From: Torpedo marmorata
Lineage: Eukaryota
NCBI GenBank assembly: GCA_977017645.1
Contig: OZ360231.1
Location: forward strand, 36,580,001-36,644,000
Direction of reading: 5' to 3'
Length of the DNA stretch: 64,000 bases
Position 1 is the first letter of the stretch; every line of letters starts with the position of its first letter. The position numbers were made by a program, and so were the translations under genes. Shown here piece by piece: positions 22,362 through 35,319 of this stretch. The notes under the pieces are model-generated. The model had not been told where the DNA came from and made no database searches. It saw only the letters and a program-made list of their open reading frames with translations.

Positions 22362-24031
22362 TGTACAGAGATCCACAGAGATCCAAAAGATTCCCTCCTG
22401 CAAATTGATAGAGGCAAAGAAAACCCCTCACATATATTTAAGCCTATAATTGCTGTGAAATTGGACCCAGCCTGAATGAGTACTGAAACAAAGTTGTACC
22501 ACGATTACCCACGGGGAGAATATCAGAGCAATGGGGAGCCAGGAAGGGAATGATACTCCTCCTCACAATCATTAAAAGAATGTTAAATATATCCCCTCCT
22601 CCAAAACAAAATGTGATCAAACTTAAATTCCACAGGAATTTCCCCCCCCCCCTAATTTTCTCTTCTACTCTTCTGAAGGTTTCACACAAAACAGATACGT
22701 TTCCTCATCCAAATATCATTCTTCCGATATGGGCTTACAACCTACACTCCACTTTCATCAAATGACTGACACAAGAACAGAAAGAAAAATTGCGGTGCCT
22801 TCCTAATTTTGCTGCTGATGCCTACACTCCATTGGGACTGAACTTCCACACCATTCATTTTGTGGTCCTTCTGAATCTCTGTATGTGAATAGCACTTCAC
22901 AAGAACACCAGGGAAAAGAAGCAGGTGCAGGCCACCAAGCCTGTCCATCCTTCCTGATTGTTGGGACAGCTTATTGACTCTTTGTGTTTAGTGCACAAGA
23001 ATATCCAGATCCCTCTGAATTTCATTCATTTGCACTCCCTCTCCATTTAGATAATAATTGTCTTTTGATTTCCTCTTACCAAAATGCATGACCTCACATT
23101 TAGGACATAGAACATTGAACATAGATCTCTACAGCACAGTACAGGCTCTTTGGACCACGATGTTGGGCCGACCTTTTTACACATTAAATTCAATTTGCCA
23201 GGTATTCGCCCAGTCACTCTATCCATCAACACCCCATTGCAGAATCACAATATTCTCATCACAACCTGCTCTTTCATGTATTTTCATATCATTAGTTGCA
23301 GTCCATTATACCAAAAGTTCTGTAGTGTGAGCTATGCAAGCTTTGATCCCACTATCAAGGTACAAGATTCCTTTAGTGTCATGTACATAATACATTTTTT
23401 TGGCTTTTGTTTGCCATAACTCAGATCCATCATAGATCAAAAACCAGTGAAGAAAGAAGCAAGCCTGTATCATCACACCAATCCCTTTTCAATCTTTTTT
23501 TGCTGCAAGACTGCACCACATCTCCAGTAACCTTTCTGCTGGAATGGAATGGATCTGCCAATGAACAGGAAACTGCTCAATCTTTGTTGTCTCCACTCCA
23601 GAACCTCATTTATTAAGTTGCAGTGCACAGACATGTGTATTTCAGAGAACAAGCTATAAGTTAACTATGATTCTTTTTTTTAAAAATATTTTATTTAAAA
23701 TTTTTTAATCACAAAATACATAAAATAAAATATGAAATTATCAAAATATTTGTGATACATTTTCACCCCCCTCCCCTCCCCAACCCTCCCAACCCCACTA
23801 ATCTAATAAAAATAAAAATATAAAATAAAAACAGAAAAAAAAGAAGAAAAAAGAAAGAAAAAGATAGAGTAAAGAGAATGCCAATCTAAAAAAAACATAC
23901 ATCTATAAACTAATTCTATTATGGAGGTCAAGTATGCCAGTAGATCCGATATCCCGAGATCTTCAAATCCTTAAACCAACAACTTTCATATATGGGCTCC
24001 AAATTTTTAAGAAAAAATGATATTTGTTACG

Positions 24032-27000
24032 TCAATTAGAAGTAATTTTTTCAAGTGGTATACACGAACGAAGTTCTGCATGCCATCTTTCTAATCCTAA
24101 ATCTAAATCAGATTTCCAAGTAATAGCAATACATTTCTTTGAAACAGCTAAAGCAATTCGCAAAAATTCTATTTGATACATGTTTAATTTCATCTTGATA
24201 CTAAATTTTCTAATATCTGCGAACAAAAATATCATAAGATCCATTGGAAATGTAATCTTAAATAATTTATCTAAAAAATTTAACTTTCAACCAGAAATCA
24301 TAAACTTTTGGACAAAACCATGTAGAATGTACAAAAGAACCTTCCTCTTTATTACATCTAAAACATAAACCTGATAATGTTGGATTAAATTTAGATAGGT
24401 GGAATAGTGGATAATGAAGAAGGTTTTCAAGGATTGCAGAAGGATTTGGGCTGCTTAGAAAAGTGGGCTGAAAAATGGCAGATGGAGTTTAATGCTGATA
24501 AGTGTGAGGTGCTTCATTTTGGAAAGAAGAATCAGAACAGGACATATGTAGTAAATGGGAGAGCATTGATGAATACAGAAGAGCAGAAAGATTTAGGAAT
24601 AACGGTGCATCGTTCCCTGAAGGTGGAAACTCATGTGAATAGGGTGGTGAAGAAGGCTTTTAGTATGCTGGCCTTCATCAATCAATGCATAGAATATAGG
24701 AGTTGGGAAGTGATGTTGAGATTATATAAGGCTTTGGTGCGGCCTAATTTAGAGTTCTGTGTGCAGTTCTGGTCGCCAAATTATAGGAAGGATATCAACA
24801 AAGTGGAGAGAGTGCAGAGAAGGTTTACCAGAATGTTACCTGGGTTTAAGAATTTAGAGTACAAGGAGAGATTGAGCAGATTAGGTCTTTATTCTTTGGA
24901 GCGTAGAAGGTTGAGAGGGGATTTGGTAGAGGTATTTAAAATTATGAAAGGGATAGACAGAGTGGATGTGGATAGACTATTTCCATTAAGAATAGGAGAG
25001 ATTGAAACAAGAGGACATGAGCTAAGAGTTAAGGGGCAGAGGTTTAGAGGTAACATGAGGGGGAACTTCTTTACTCAGAGAGTGGTAGCCGTGTGGAATG
25101 AGCTTCCGGGAGAAGTAGTGGCGGCAGAGTCAATTTTAGTATTTAAGAAAAAGTTGGACAAGTATATGGATGAGAAGGAAGTGGAGGGTTATGGGCAAGG
25201 TGCAGGTAGGTGGGACTAGATAGGAATGTTTTGGTTCGGTGCGGACTGGAAGGGCCTAATGGCCTGTTTCCGTGCTGTAATTGTTATATGGTTATATGGT
25301 TATAAATTTCTTTAGTTTTTTAGGTGTTAAATATAATTGATGAAAAAAATTGTATTGTACTAATCTATATCTAACATTAATAATCTTCGTCATACTTAAT
25401 TTACATAATTCTTTCCAATGATTTTCATCTATTGTTACGTTCAAATCTAATTCCCATTTTAATTTTGATTTATGAATTCCTACTTTAGGAATTTTCCTCT
25501 GAAACAATTTATACATTTGAGAAATAAATTTATTGACATCTCCTTTAGTAACTAATAATTCTAATTCATTCTGTCTTGGTAAAATCAAAGCATAACCTAA
25601 TTTCTCAATCAGAAAAGTTCTAATTTGATAATAAGCAAAAAGTGTATTATCTAATATATTAAATTTATCTTTGATTCTTTGAAAAGTAATAAATTTCCCA
25701 GCTTCAAAACAATCATTTATTTTCTTAATTCCTTTTTGAAACCAAATTTTAAATAATTGATTATTAATAGTAAATGGAATAAGTCCATTTTGATATAAAG
25801 GCATCCTTGAAGAAATCAATCCTTTTCCTCCTATTTCCTTATCCGTCTTATTCCATATTTCTAACAAATGTTTAAGAATAGGAGAATTTTTCTTTCTTGT
25901 TGATATTAATTTAGAATCCCATTTATAAATAACTTCTTCTTTGGAATCTTCTCCTATATTATTTAATTCTATTTTAATCCAAGCAGAAGATTTAGTTGAA
26001 TCAAAAAATTCATTAACAAATTTTAACTGAGCTGCTTTATAATAATTTTGGAAATTAGGAAGTTGTAAACCACCCATTTCATAATTCCAAGTTAGTTTTT
26101 CCATACCTACTCTTGCTAACTTTCCTTTCCATAAAAATTTTCTAATAATTGAATTCAAATCTTTAAAACATTTTGAGGAATTTCATAAGGAATTGATTGA
26201 AAAAGATATTGAATTCTTGGAAAAACATTCATTTTACTACAATTTACTCTTCCCATTAAAGTTATAGGTAAATCTTTCCAATTTTCTAAATCTTTCTTTA
26301 TTTTCACAAATAATGGTAAATAATTTAACTTGTATAAATTGGCCAATTTTGTGTCAACCATTATTCCCAAATATTTAATTCCTTCCTTTGCCCATTTAAA
26401 TTGTGTAATTTCTTTACATCTACTATAATCCCCTTGTGATAATGCCATAATTTCACTTTTATCAGAATTAATTTTATATCCAGATATTTCCCCATATTCT
26501 CTCAATAACACAGACAATTGTACTAAAGATGTAGTAGATTTTGTCATATATATCAATACATCATCTGCAAATAAACTAATTTTATGTTCTTCCATTCCAA
26601 CTTTAATACCAACTATTTTAGGATCTTTTCTAACTAATTCTGCCAAAGGTTCTATCGCCAAAATAAATAATGCTGATGACAAAGGGCATCCTTGTCTAGT
26701 AGATCGAGTCAAAGGAAATTTTGAAGAAATTTGTCCATTTGTAACTACTTTAGCAGATGGTTCTTTATATATAGTTTTAATCCAATTAATAAATGTACTT
26801 CCAAAACCAAATTTCTCCAATATCTTAAATAAAAAATTCCACTCTAATCTATCAAAAGCTTTTTCGGCGTCTAAAGTTAAAACTAATGGTAAATCTTCCT
26901 TCTTTTTATGTAGATTAATTAAACTAATTAATCTAGCTATATTTCCTTTTGAATATCTATTTTTAATAAAACCAGCTTGATCTACATGAATTAAATCTGG

Positions 27001-27720
27001 TAAATAATTAGCCATTCTATTTGCTAAAATTTTTGCCATTATCTTATCATCTACATTTAATAATGAAATAGGTCTATATGATTCAGTTTTCAATACATCT
27101 CTATCTTTCTTTGGTATAACTGTAATTATTGCATTTAAGAAAGTATATGGTAATGAGTGGGTTTCCGTAATTTGATTCAATACATCCATATATGGAGGTA
27201 TTAATAAATCTTTAAACTCTTTATAAAATTCTGATGGAAATCCATCTTCACCTGGAGATTTACCACTCTTTAAAGAAGTAAGAACTTCATTAACTTCCCT
27301 CATTGAGAAAGGTAAATCTAAAGAATCTCTACTTTGAGTATTTAATTTAGGTAATATAATTTTAAATAAAAATCTAGTAATTTTAGAATCATCTTGATCA
27401 ATCTGAGATTTATATAAATTCAAGTAATAATCTTTAAAAGAATCATTTATTTTTCGAGGTTTATAAGTTATTTCTCTAGAGTTCTTTTTCCTTATAGCAT
27501 TTATAGTTCTAGAAGTTTGATCTTTTGTTAATTCCCATGCCAAAACTTTATGAGCTCTTTCCCCTAACTCATAGTATCTTTGTTTAGTTCTTTCAATTAA
27601 TTTTTCCATTTTATATGTTTGTAATAAATTGTAATGTAATTTCTTCCCAATTAAATTGTTCCTTTTTTGAACTGATCTGTTTTTTTGTAAATCTTTTTCC
27701 AAACACTCAATCTCCTTCAC
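24032..27720 (-). pseudogene. L1 ORF2 (RT and C-terminal region), split by a frameshift and a CR1 insertion
   Basis: KSPGEDG, YRPISLLN, LDAEKAFD, RQGCPLS, LFADDVL, GGLQLPN. Confidence 0.9.
24393..25302 (+). mobile_element. CR1 3' fragment inserted in L1
   Basis: Open 270-aa RT C-terminus (24407-25219), (TTATATGG)n tail, 7-bp duplication TAAATTT at 24386-24392 and 25303-25309. Confidence 0.9.
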
Positions 27721-27885
27721 TAAATTTTCTACTTCCCCAAGATAATCTTTCTTAATTTTTGCTGAATAGCTTATTATTTGACCTCTTAAATAAGCTTTTA
27801 AAGCTTCCCAAATAATAAATTTATTAAGTTAACTATGATTCTTATAAAAAGCAAACGAGATGGTGGATTTTATTCTAAACGTCTG

Positions 27886-28770
27886 TTCAAGATCAAGTTT
27901 ATTGTTATGTGCACTGAGGTACAATTTGCATGCTATTTAGCAAATCAATTAGCCTTTACAGCAAATCATACACATCGCAGAGTACATAGTTACAGAAAGA
28001 GGTCAGTTGGAACTGAGAAAACGTGACATTATTTACTAATGTGAGGTTTGTTCGGAAGTCTGACAACGACAGGAGACAAACTGACCTCGAACCTGGTGGT
28101 GCGCGATCTCACATTCATGAATATTCTTCCAGATGGGAGGAGCGTGTAGATAGTCTGGCTGAGGTGGGGTGACTGGCTGCTTTCCCAAGGCAGCGGGAAG
28201 TGTAGATTGAGTGGAAGGGTTGTGTATTGATCTGAGCTGCGTTCACCTCTCTGCAGTTTCTTGCGGTCTTGAGCAGAGCAGTTCCTGTACCACGTAGTGA
28301 TATTTCTTGACAGGGTACTTTCATTGGTGCATCTTTAAAGGTTGTTGAGGGATGCAGGAGGCATGCTGAATTTTCTCAGGCTTTTGAGAAATTCAAGAAG
28401 TATCAGTGCGCTTTCTTCACCTTTGCTTTGACGTGAATGTAGTGGGACAGGCCATTGAAGATATTTGCATCGAAGAGCATAAAGCTGTCTACTATCTCTG
28501 ACAGTGCCATTGATGCAAACAGGGGAGTGAACTCCACCTGTCTTCCAGAGGTCCATGACCAGTTGCTTTGTCTTGCTGACAATGAGGGGAAGGGTGTTGT
28601 CCTGGCACCAAGCCACTGGACTCTCAAGCTCCCTTCTATATTTCGCTTCATCATTGATCACGATCCGACCTACAATGGTGGTGTCATCTGCAAATTTGAA
28701 GATGGAATTGGTGTGGCTTTTGGCTACCCAGTAATGGCTGCATAAGGAGCATTGAGTGTGCTTCCCTGGT
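27886..28770 (-). mobile_element. Old degraded Rex1/Babar fragment
   Basis: FKFADDTTIVGRI..WCQDN..SKTKQLVMD; AATAAACTTGA tail. Confidence 0.8.
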
Positions 28771-28917
28771 GTGAGGCAAAAATCCTCTACTAGTCTCCCC
28801 CTGACATACAACACCACCCTTCTCTGACAATTGATATCCTTGACTAATCCCTGAAAAGTATGGCTCATTTTCACATCTTGATTGTCATGTCTCATCAGAG
28901 GAAGACAGCAAAAATGA

Positions 28918-29081
28918 GATGCACTGACACACATCACACCATGATGCACTGAAACACATCACACTGCGATGCACTGAAACACATCACACCGCGATGCACT
29001 GAAACACATCACACTGCGATGCACTGAAACACATCACACTGCGATGCTCTGAAACACATCACACCGCGATGCACTGAAACA
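28918..29081. repeat. 25-bp minisatellite array 1 (about 6.5 units)
   Basis: Unit GATGCACTGAAACACATCACACCGC. Confidence 0.97.
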
Positions 29082-29675
29082 TGAAAGTCTGCAGACACTG
29101 TGATTGTAATAAAATCACAGAGAAATACTGGAAGAACTCAGCCAGTCTCGCCGCATCCAGAGGAGGTAAAGATATATTACCAACATTTCGGCCCTGAGCC
29201 CTTCTTGAAGGAATATGCAAAGAACAGGGAGGTTTCAGAATAAAGACTGAATACTGGCCGGAGGAGGAATCCAGACCAACCAAAGGTGTTAATTGGATAT
29301 GATAAGAGGAGATGTGAGAATTGATTTTGGCTCTGTGAAAGGAGATAGAGGGAAAAGGGAAGAGAGAGAGAGAGAGAGAGACACGGAGCGAGAGGCAAGG
29401 AGACGGGGAAGATGAAGAGGGGGGGTTTAGCAGAAACCGTTGAAGTCGATGTTAATGTTAATACCATAAGGTTGGAGGGTGCCAGATGGAAGATGAGGCA
29501 TTGTTCCTCCAGTTTGTGGGTGGTCTCAGTCTGGCAGTGCATGAGACCATGGACAGACATGTCAGCAAGGGAACGGGCCAGAGAATTGAAATGGGTGGCC
29601 ACTGGGAGATCCACGCGATTGCGACGGACAGAGCTGAGATGCTCAATGAAACAATTTCCCAGTCTGCGTCCAGTT
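29075..29675 (-). mobile_element. Penelope-like 3' fragment (GIY-YIG end and pLTR) in duplicated unit 1
   Basis: TGRRLGNCFIEHL..PVATHFNS..KLEEQCLIFHL on the minus strand, followed by a pLTR. Confidence 0.82.
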
Positions 29676-30320
29676 AAACCATTGCCACTTGTGCACCAGC
29701 ACACTCTATATCAGTCTAAGCAAAAGCATATCTGAAGCTCAAGTCCAATCAACCAAACAGAAGTGATCTCCACTTTCTTGTATGGGCTACTTATAGTTAT
29801 CTCCAACCACACAAGACCTACCAGGCAACATGCTTTCAATAAAAATCCTTCAAATCCACTGGCAGGGAGGGCAACCTCACCTAGGCCAACATCCCCAGCA
29901 CTGAGCTTTTAATCGCTCTCAATCATTTCTATTGGACAAGCTTGTACGTGGACACCTGACTCCCCAAACAAGCATCTGCTTTGACCTCCATCAAAATGTT
30001 GCATCAACATGCTGCTCTCTCTTTATGGGTGCCTTTATCTTATTTTATTGGAATGTGCTTCGCCTCCTTCTCAATCAATGCAACAGCTCCACTTACCTGA
30101 AACATACAGTTTGAAACATGTGTTAAATTCTCAATCTGTCTTGTAAATAAATCTCTCTCTCTCTCTATTTGGATATGCCTCAAAGCATTTTGAAGATATT
30201 AAAATTTTATACCAAACATTTTTGACAAATATTGTTGATTCTCCTTGTTGGCAGATTTGAAGCGCTGCAGTGATGCATTGGTATTGTTGTACATTTGCCA
30301 AGCTGAGCACAGTGATTATA
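29082..30320. repeat. 1.24-kb duplicated unit, copy 1
   Basis: Colinear with and highly similar to 31114-32355. Confidence 0.95.
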
Positions 30321-31113
30321 CCGCGATGCACTGAAACACATCACACCGCGATGTACTGAAACACGTCACACCGCGCTGCACTGAAACACACCACACAGCG
30401 ATGCACTGAAACACGTCACACCGCGATGCACTGAAACACGTCACACCACGATGCACTGAAACACGTCACACCACGATGCACTGAAACACATCACACCACG
30501 ATGCACTGAAACACGTCACACCGCGATGCACTGAAACACGTCACACCGCGATGCACTGAAACACGTCACACCGCGATGCACTGAAACACATCACACCGCG
30601 ATGCACTGAAACACATCACACCGCGATGCACAGAAACACATCACACCGCGATGCACTGAAACACATCACACAGCGATGCACTGAAACACGTCACACCGCG
30701 ATGCACTGAAACACGTCACACCGCGATGCACTGAAACACACCACACAGCGATGCACTGAAACACGTCACACCGCGATGCACTGAAACACGTCACACCGCG
30801 ATGCACTGAAACACATCACACCGCGATGCACTGAAACACATCACACCGCGATGCACTGAAACACATCACACCGCGATGCACTGAAACACGTCACACCGCG
30901 ATGCACTGAAACACGTCACACCGCGATGCACTGAAACACATCACACTGCGATGCACTGAAACACATCACACCACGATGCACTGAAACACATCACACCGCG
31001 ATGCACTGAAACACATCACACCGCGATGCACTGAAACACATCACACCGCGATGCACTGAAACACATCACACCGCGATGCACTGAAACACATCACACTATG
31101 ATGCACTTAAACA
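30321..31113. repeat. 25-bp minisatellite array 2 (about 31.5 units)
   Basis: Same unit; many copies carry the CACGTCAC variant. Confidence 0.97.
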
Positions 31114-32355
31114 TGAAAGTCTGCAGACGCTGTGATTGTAGTAAAATCACAGAGAAATACTGGAGGAACTCAGCCGGTCTCGCTGCATCCAGAGGAGGTA
31201 AAGATATATTACCGACATTTCGGGCCTGAGCCCTTCTTCAAAGAATAAGCAAAGAACAGGGAGGTTTCAGAATAATGACTGAATACTGGCCGGGGGAGGA
31301 ATCCAGACCAACCAAAGGTGTTAATTGGATATGATAAGAGGAGATGTGAGAATTGATTTTGGCTCTGTGAAAGGAGACAGAGGGAAAAGGGAAGAGAGAG
31401 AGGAAGAGAGAAGGAGCGAGAGGCAAGGAGACGGGGAAGAAGAAGAAGAGGGGGGTTTAGCAGAAACCGTTGAAGTCAATGTTAATGTTAATGCCATAAG
31501 GTTGGAGGGTGCCAGATGGAAGATGAGGCATTGTTCCTCCAGTTTGTGGGTGGTCTCAGTCTGGCCGTTGCTTGAGACCATGGACAGACATGTCAGAAAG
31601 GGAATGGGCCAGAGAATTGAAATGGGTGGCCACTGGGAGGTCCACGCGATTGCGGCGGACAGAGCTGAGATGCTCAATGAAACAATCTCCCAGTCTGCGT
31701 CCAGTTAAAACATTGCCACTTGTGCACCAGCACACTCTTTATCAGTCTAAGCAAAAGCATATCTGAAGCTCAAGTCCAATCAACCAAACAGAAGTGATCC
31801 CCACTTTCTTGTATGGGCTACTTATAGTTATCTCCAACCACACAAGACCTACCAGGCAACATGCTTTCAATAAAAATCCTTCAAATCCACTGGCAGAGAG
31901 GGCAACCTCACCTAGGCCAACATCCCCAGCACTGAGCTTTTAATCGCTCTCAATCATCTCTATTGGACAAGCTTGTATGTGGACACCTGACTCCCCAAAC
32001 AAGCATCTGCTTTGACCTCCATTAAACTGTTGCATCAACATGCTGCTCTCTCTTTATGGGTGCCTTTATCTTATTTTATTGGAATGTGCTTCGCCTCCTT
32101 CTCAATCAATGCAACAGTTCCACTTATTTGAAACATACAGTTTGAAGCATGTGTTAAATTCTCAATCTGTCTTGTAAATAAATCTCTCTCTCTCTCTCTC
32201 TATTTGGATATGCCTCAAAGCATTTTGAAGATATTAAAATTTTATGCCAAACATTTTTGACAAATATTGTTGATTCTCCTTGTTGGCAGATTTGAAGCGC
32301 TGCAGTGATGCATTGGTATTGTTGTACATTTGCCAAGCTGAGCACAGTGATTATA
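31114..32355. repeat. 1.24-kb duplicated unit, copy 2 (Penelope fragment at about 31107-31703)
   Basis: Colinear with 29082-30320. Confidence 0.95.
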
Positions 32356-32870
32356 CCGCGATGCACTGAAACACATCACACCGCGATGCACTGAAACACA
32401 TCACACCGCGATGTACTGAAACACATCACACTGCGATGCACTGAAACACATCACACCGAGATGCACTGAAACACATCACACGCGATGTACTGAAACACAT
32501 CACACCGCGATGCACTGAAACACATCACACCGTGATGCACTGAAACACATCACACCGAGATGCACTGAAACACATCACACCGCGATGCACTGAAACACAT
32601 CACACCGCGATGCACTGAAACACATCACACCGCGATGCACTGAAATACATCACACCGCGATGCACTGAAACACATCACACCGAGATGCACTGAAACACAT
32701 CACACCGTGATGTACTGAAACACATCACACCGTGATGTACTGAAACACATCACACCACGATGCACTGAAACACATCACACTGTGATGTACTGAAACACAT
32801 CACACCGCGATGCACTGAAACACATCACACCATGATGCACTGAAACACATCACACCACGATGCACTGAAG
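32356..32870. repeat. 25-bp minisatellite array 3 (about 20.5 units)
   Basis: Same unit with GATGTAC/CCGTG/CCGAG variants. Confidence 0.97.
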
Positions 32871-35319
32871 CGCATACAATTACAAACAATGAGGGAGCAA
32901 AGAAAATAAATTGACAAAGTGAAATATTTTGACAAGTGGAATACAAGTCTAGCGGGTGTTTTGATCAACGCATCAACATCAGAATGGAGACTCTTTAATT
33001 GGCATGTCATTGGGGATTTCAACACATTGTGCTCAGTTTTTTATGCCTTTACAATAAAGATCGTAGATCATGCATTAGCGCCTCTATTTACGTCTGCAAG
33101 GGTGCAACTAGCCATTGCTAAAATCACAAAATTATTAACTGCACACCTAATTGAGGAAAACATCATAGGAACATAAGAAATGGAAGCAGAAGTAGGCCAT
33201 CAGGTCGGTCGAGCCTGCTCCGCCATTCAACAAGATCATGGTTGATCTGACCGTGGGTTCAACTCCACTTACCAGCCTTTTCCCCAGAACCCTTCATTAT
33301 AACCATAGAATAGTACAGCACAGAAATGGCCCATCTAGTCCATGCCAAACTATTTATTCTGCCCAGTCCCATGGACCACAGCCCTCCGTAACCCTCCCAT
33401 CCGTATAACTATCCAATCTTCTCTTAACTGTCGAAATCCAACCCACATCCGTCACTTCTGCTGGCAGCTCATCCCACACTCTTACCACCCTCTGAGACGT
33501 TCCCCTTAATCATTTCACCTTTCACCCTTAACTCATGTCCTCTAGTTCTAATTCCCCTACTATGAAAAAACCTATCTATCTGTGTCTTTAATACATTTAA
33601 TGGGGCACCTACTACTGCTTCCATGAGGAGAGTTGTTTTTTTTAATATTTTATTTTAAATTTTGAATTTTCACACAGTAGTACAACATATGTAGTATAAA
33701 TCATTAACTCCAGTAGATAAAAACATAATTTGTATTACAGTATATCTAACCCATCCCTTAACCCACCCCCTATAATATTTCTACCCCACCCTCCACCCTT
33801 CCCCTCCCTTTAATTCCCTCCCCTTACTAAAAACTAAAAAAATAAAACAGAAAAGAAGGCATTGGTATTACTTATTAAAAACATCTGTACGGATCGCTGC
33901 TGGGACCACAGCTCGACACGTGGTATTCAACAATATTTTTATTCTTTAAATTTGAGAGAGTCAACAGGGTCTAGAATGTAGAGCAACATATTTAAATATT
34001 CATACCTAATGATTGGATATATGGACGCCAAATTTACAAAAATACCCCATATTTATTTCTCATGTTATATGTTATTTTTTCCAGTGGAATACAGCTCCAC
34101 ATCTCTATATTCCATCTATCCATGCCTAAATTTGTATCTGATTTCCAAGTTACTGCTATACACTTCCTTGCTACTGCTAAAGCAATTTTTACAAATTTCA
34201 GTTGATATGTTGATAACTTCAACTTTGATCTAGTTCCTTCCACATTCCCTAATAAAAATAAATCAGGGTTCTGTGGAAATGTAACACCTGTAATTTGTTT
34301 TAACAGATTCCCTAACTCCATCCAAAAATGTTTTACCTTAGAGCATAACCATGTTGAATGTAAAAAAGTTCCCTCCTCTTCACCACATCTAAAACACTTA
34401 TTTGATAATGTAGATTTTATCTTATTCAATTTCTGTGGTGTAAAATATAGTTGATGTAAAAAATTATACTGTACTAATCTATATCTTACATTAATAGTAT
34501 TGGTCATACTATCTTGACATAAATCTGACCATCTTTTTTCATCAAATATAACATTAAGATCTTGTTCCCATCTTTGTCTAGATTTATGAAGTCCTTGTTT
34601 TAAAGCTCCCTTTTGTAACAAAGAATATATTATAGAAGTAAATGTTTTAATATTTCCTTTCCTAATCAGGGTTTCTACCTCACTACAATCTTGTAACAAC
34701 ATATCCGGACCTAATTTTTCCCTTAAATAACCTCTTAATTGAAAATAACAAAAAAGAGTGTTATTCGGTATTCCATATTTGTTTCTTAACTGTGTAAACA
34801 ACATCAATTGCTTCCCTTCATAACAATCTTCTATATTCTTTATTCCTTTCTGTGACCATATATTTAAAAATTGATTATCTTTTGTAAAACGTATAAGATT
34901 ATTCTGTATCAATGACGTTTTAGATGATATAGTTCCTTTCATCCCTATCTCATCATTAATCTTATTCCAAACATTAATCAAATGTTTTAGTAACGGTGTT
35001 TCTTTAACTCCTGTCAGTAATTTTGAGTTCCATTTATATATAAGTTCTTCTGGTACCTTCTCTCCTATTTCTCCTAGCTCTATTCCTTCACTTTCAAAAA
35101 AAGAAGTAACAAATCTCATTTGTGCCGCTCGATAATAATTTTTTAAATTAGGGAGTTGTAAACCTCCCAATTCATATTTCCATGTTAAACGTTCCATAGA
35201 AACTCTTGACATTTTACCTTTCCAAAGAAATGTTCGCACTTGTTTATTTAAATCCTGGAAAAAACCCTGTGGTAATAAAATAGGTATAGTTTGATACAAA
35301 TACTGTATCCTCGGAAATA

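Larger units (their letters stand above)
23676..27824 (-). mobile_element. 5'-truncated L1-clade LINE with 19-bp TSD
   Basis: TSD TAAGTTAACTATGATTCTT (23657-23675 and 27825-27843); poly(A) tail; AT-rich ORF2. Confidence 0.92.

Noticed and set aside
30308-30350. RAG recombination signal (CACAGTG heptamer, also at 32343)
   Set aside because: No ACAAAAACC-like nonamer at 12 or 23 spacing and no V, D or J segment nearby.
28918-32870. CRISPR-like array
   Set aside because: The 25-bp units are head-to-tail with no unique spacers, there are no cas genes, and the context is eukaryotic.
32919-33176. APE-like VIGDFN motif in an 85-aa ORF
   Set aside because: No other endonuclease motifs at the right spacing; probably chance.
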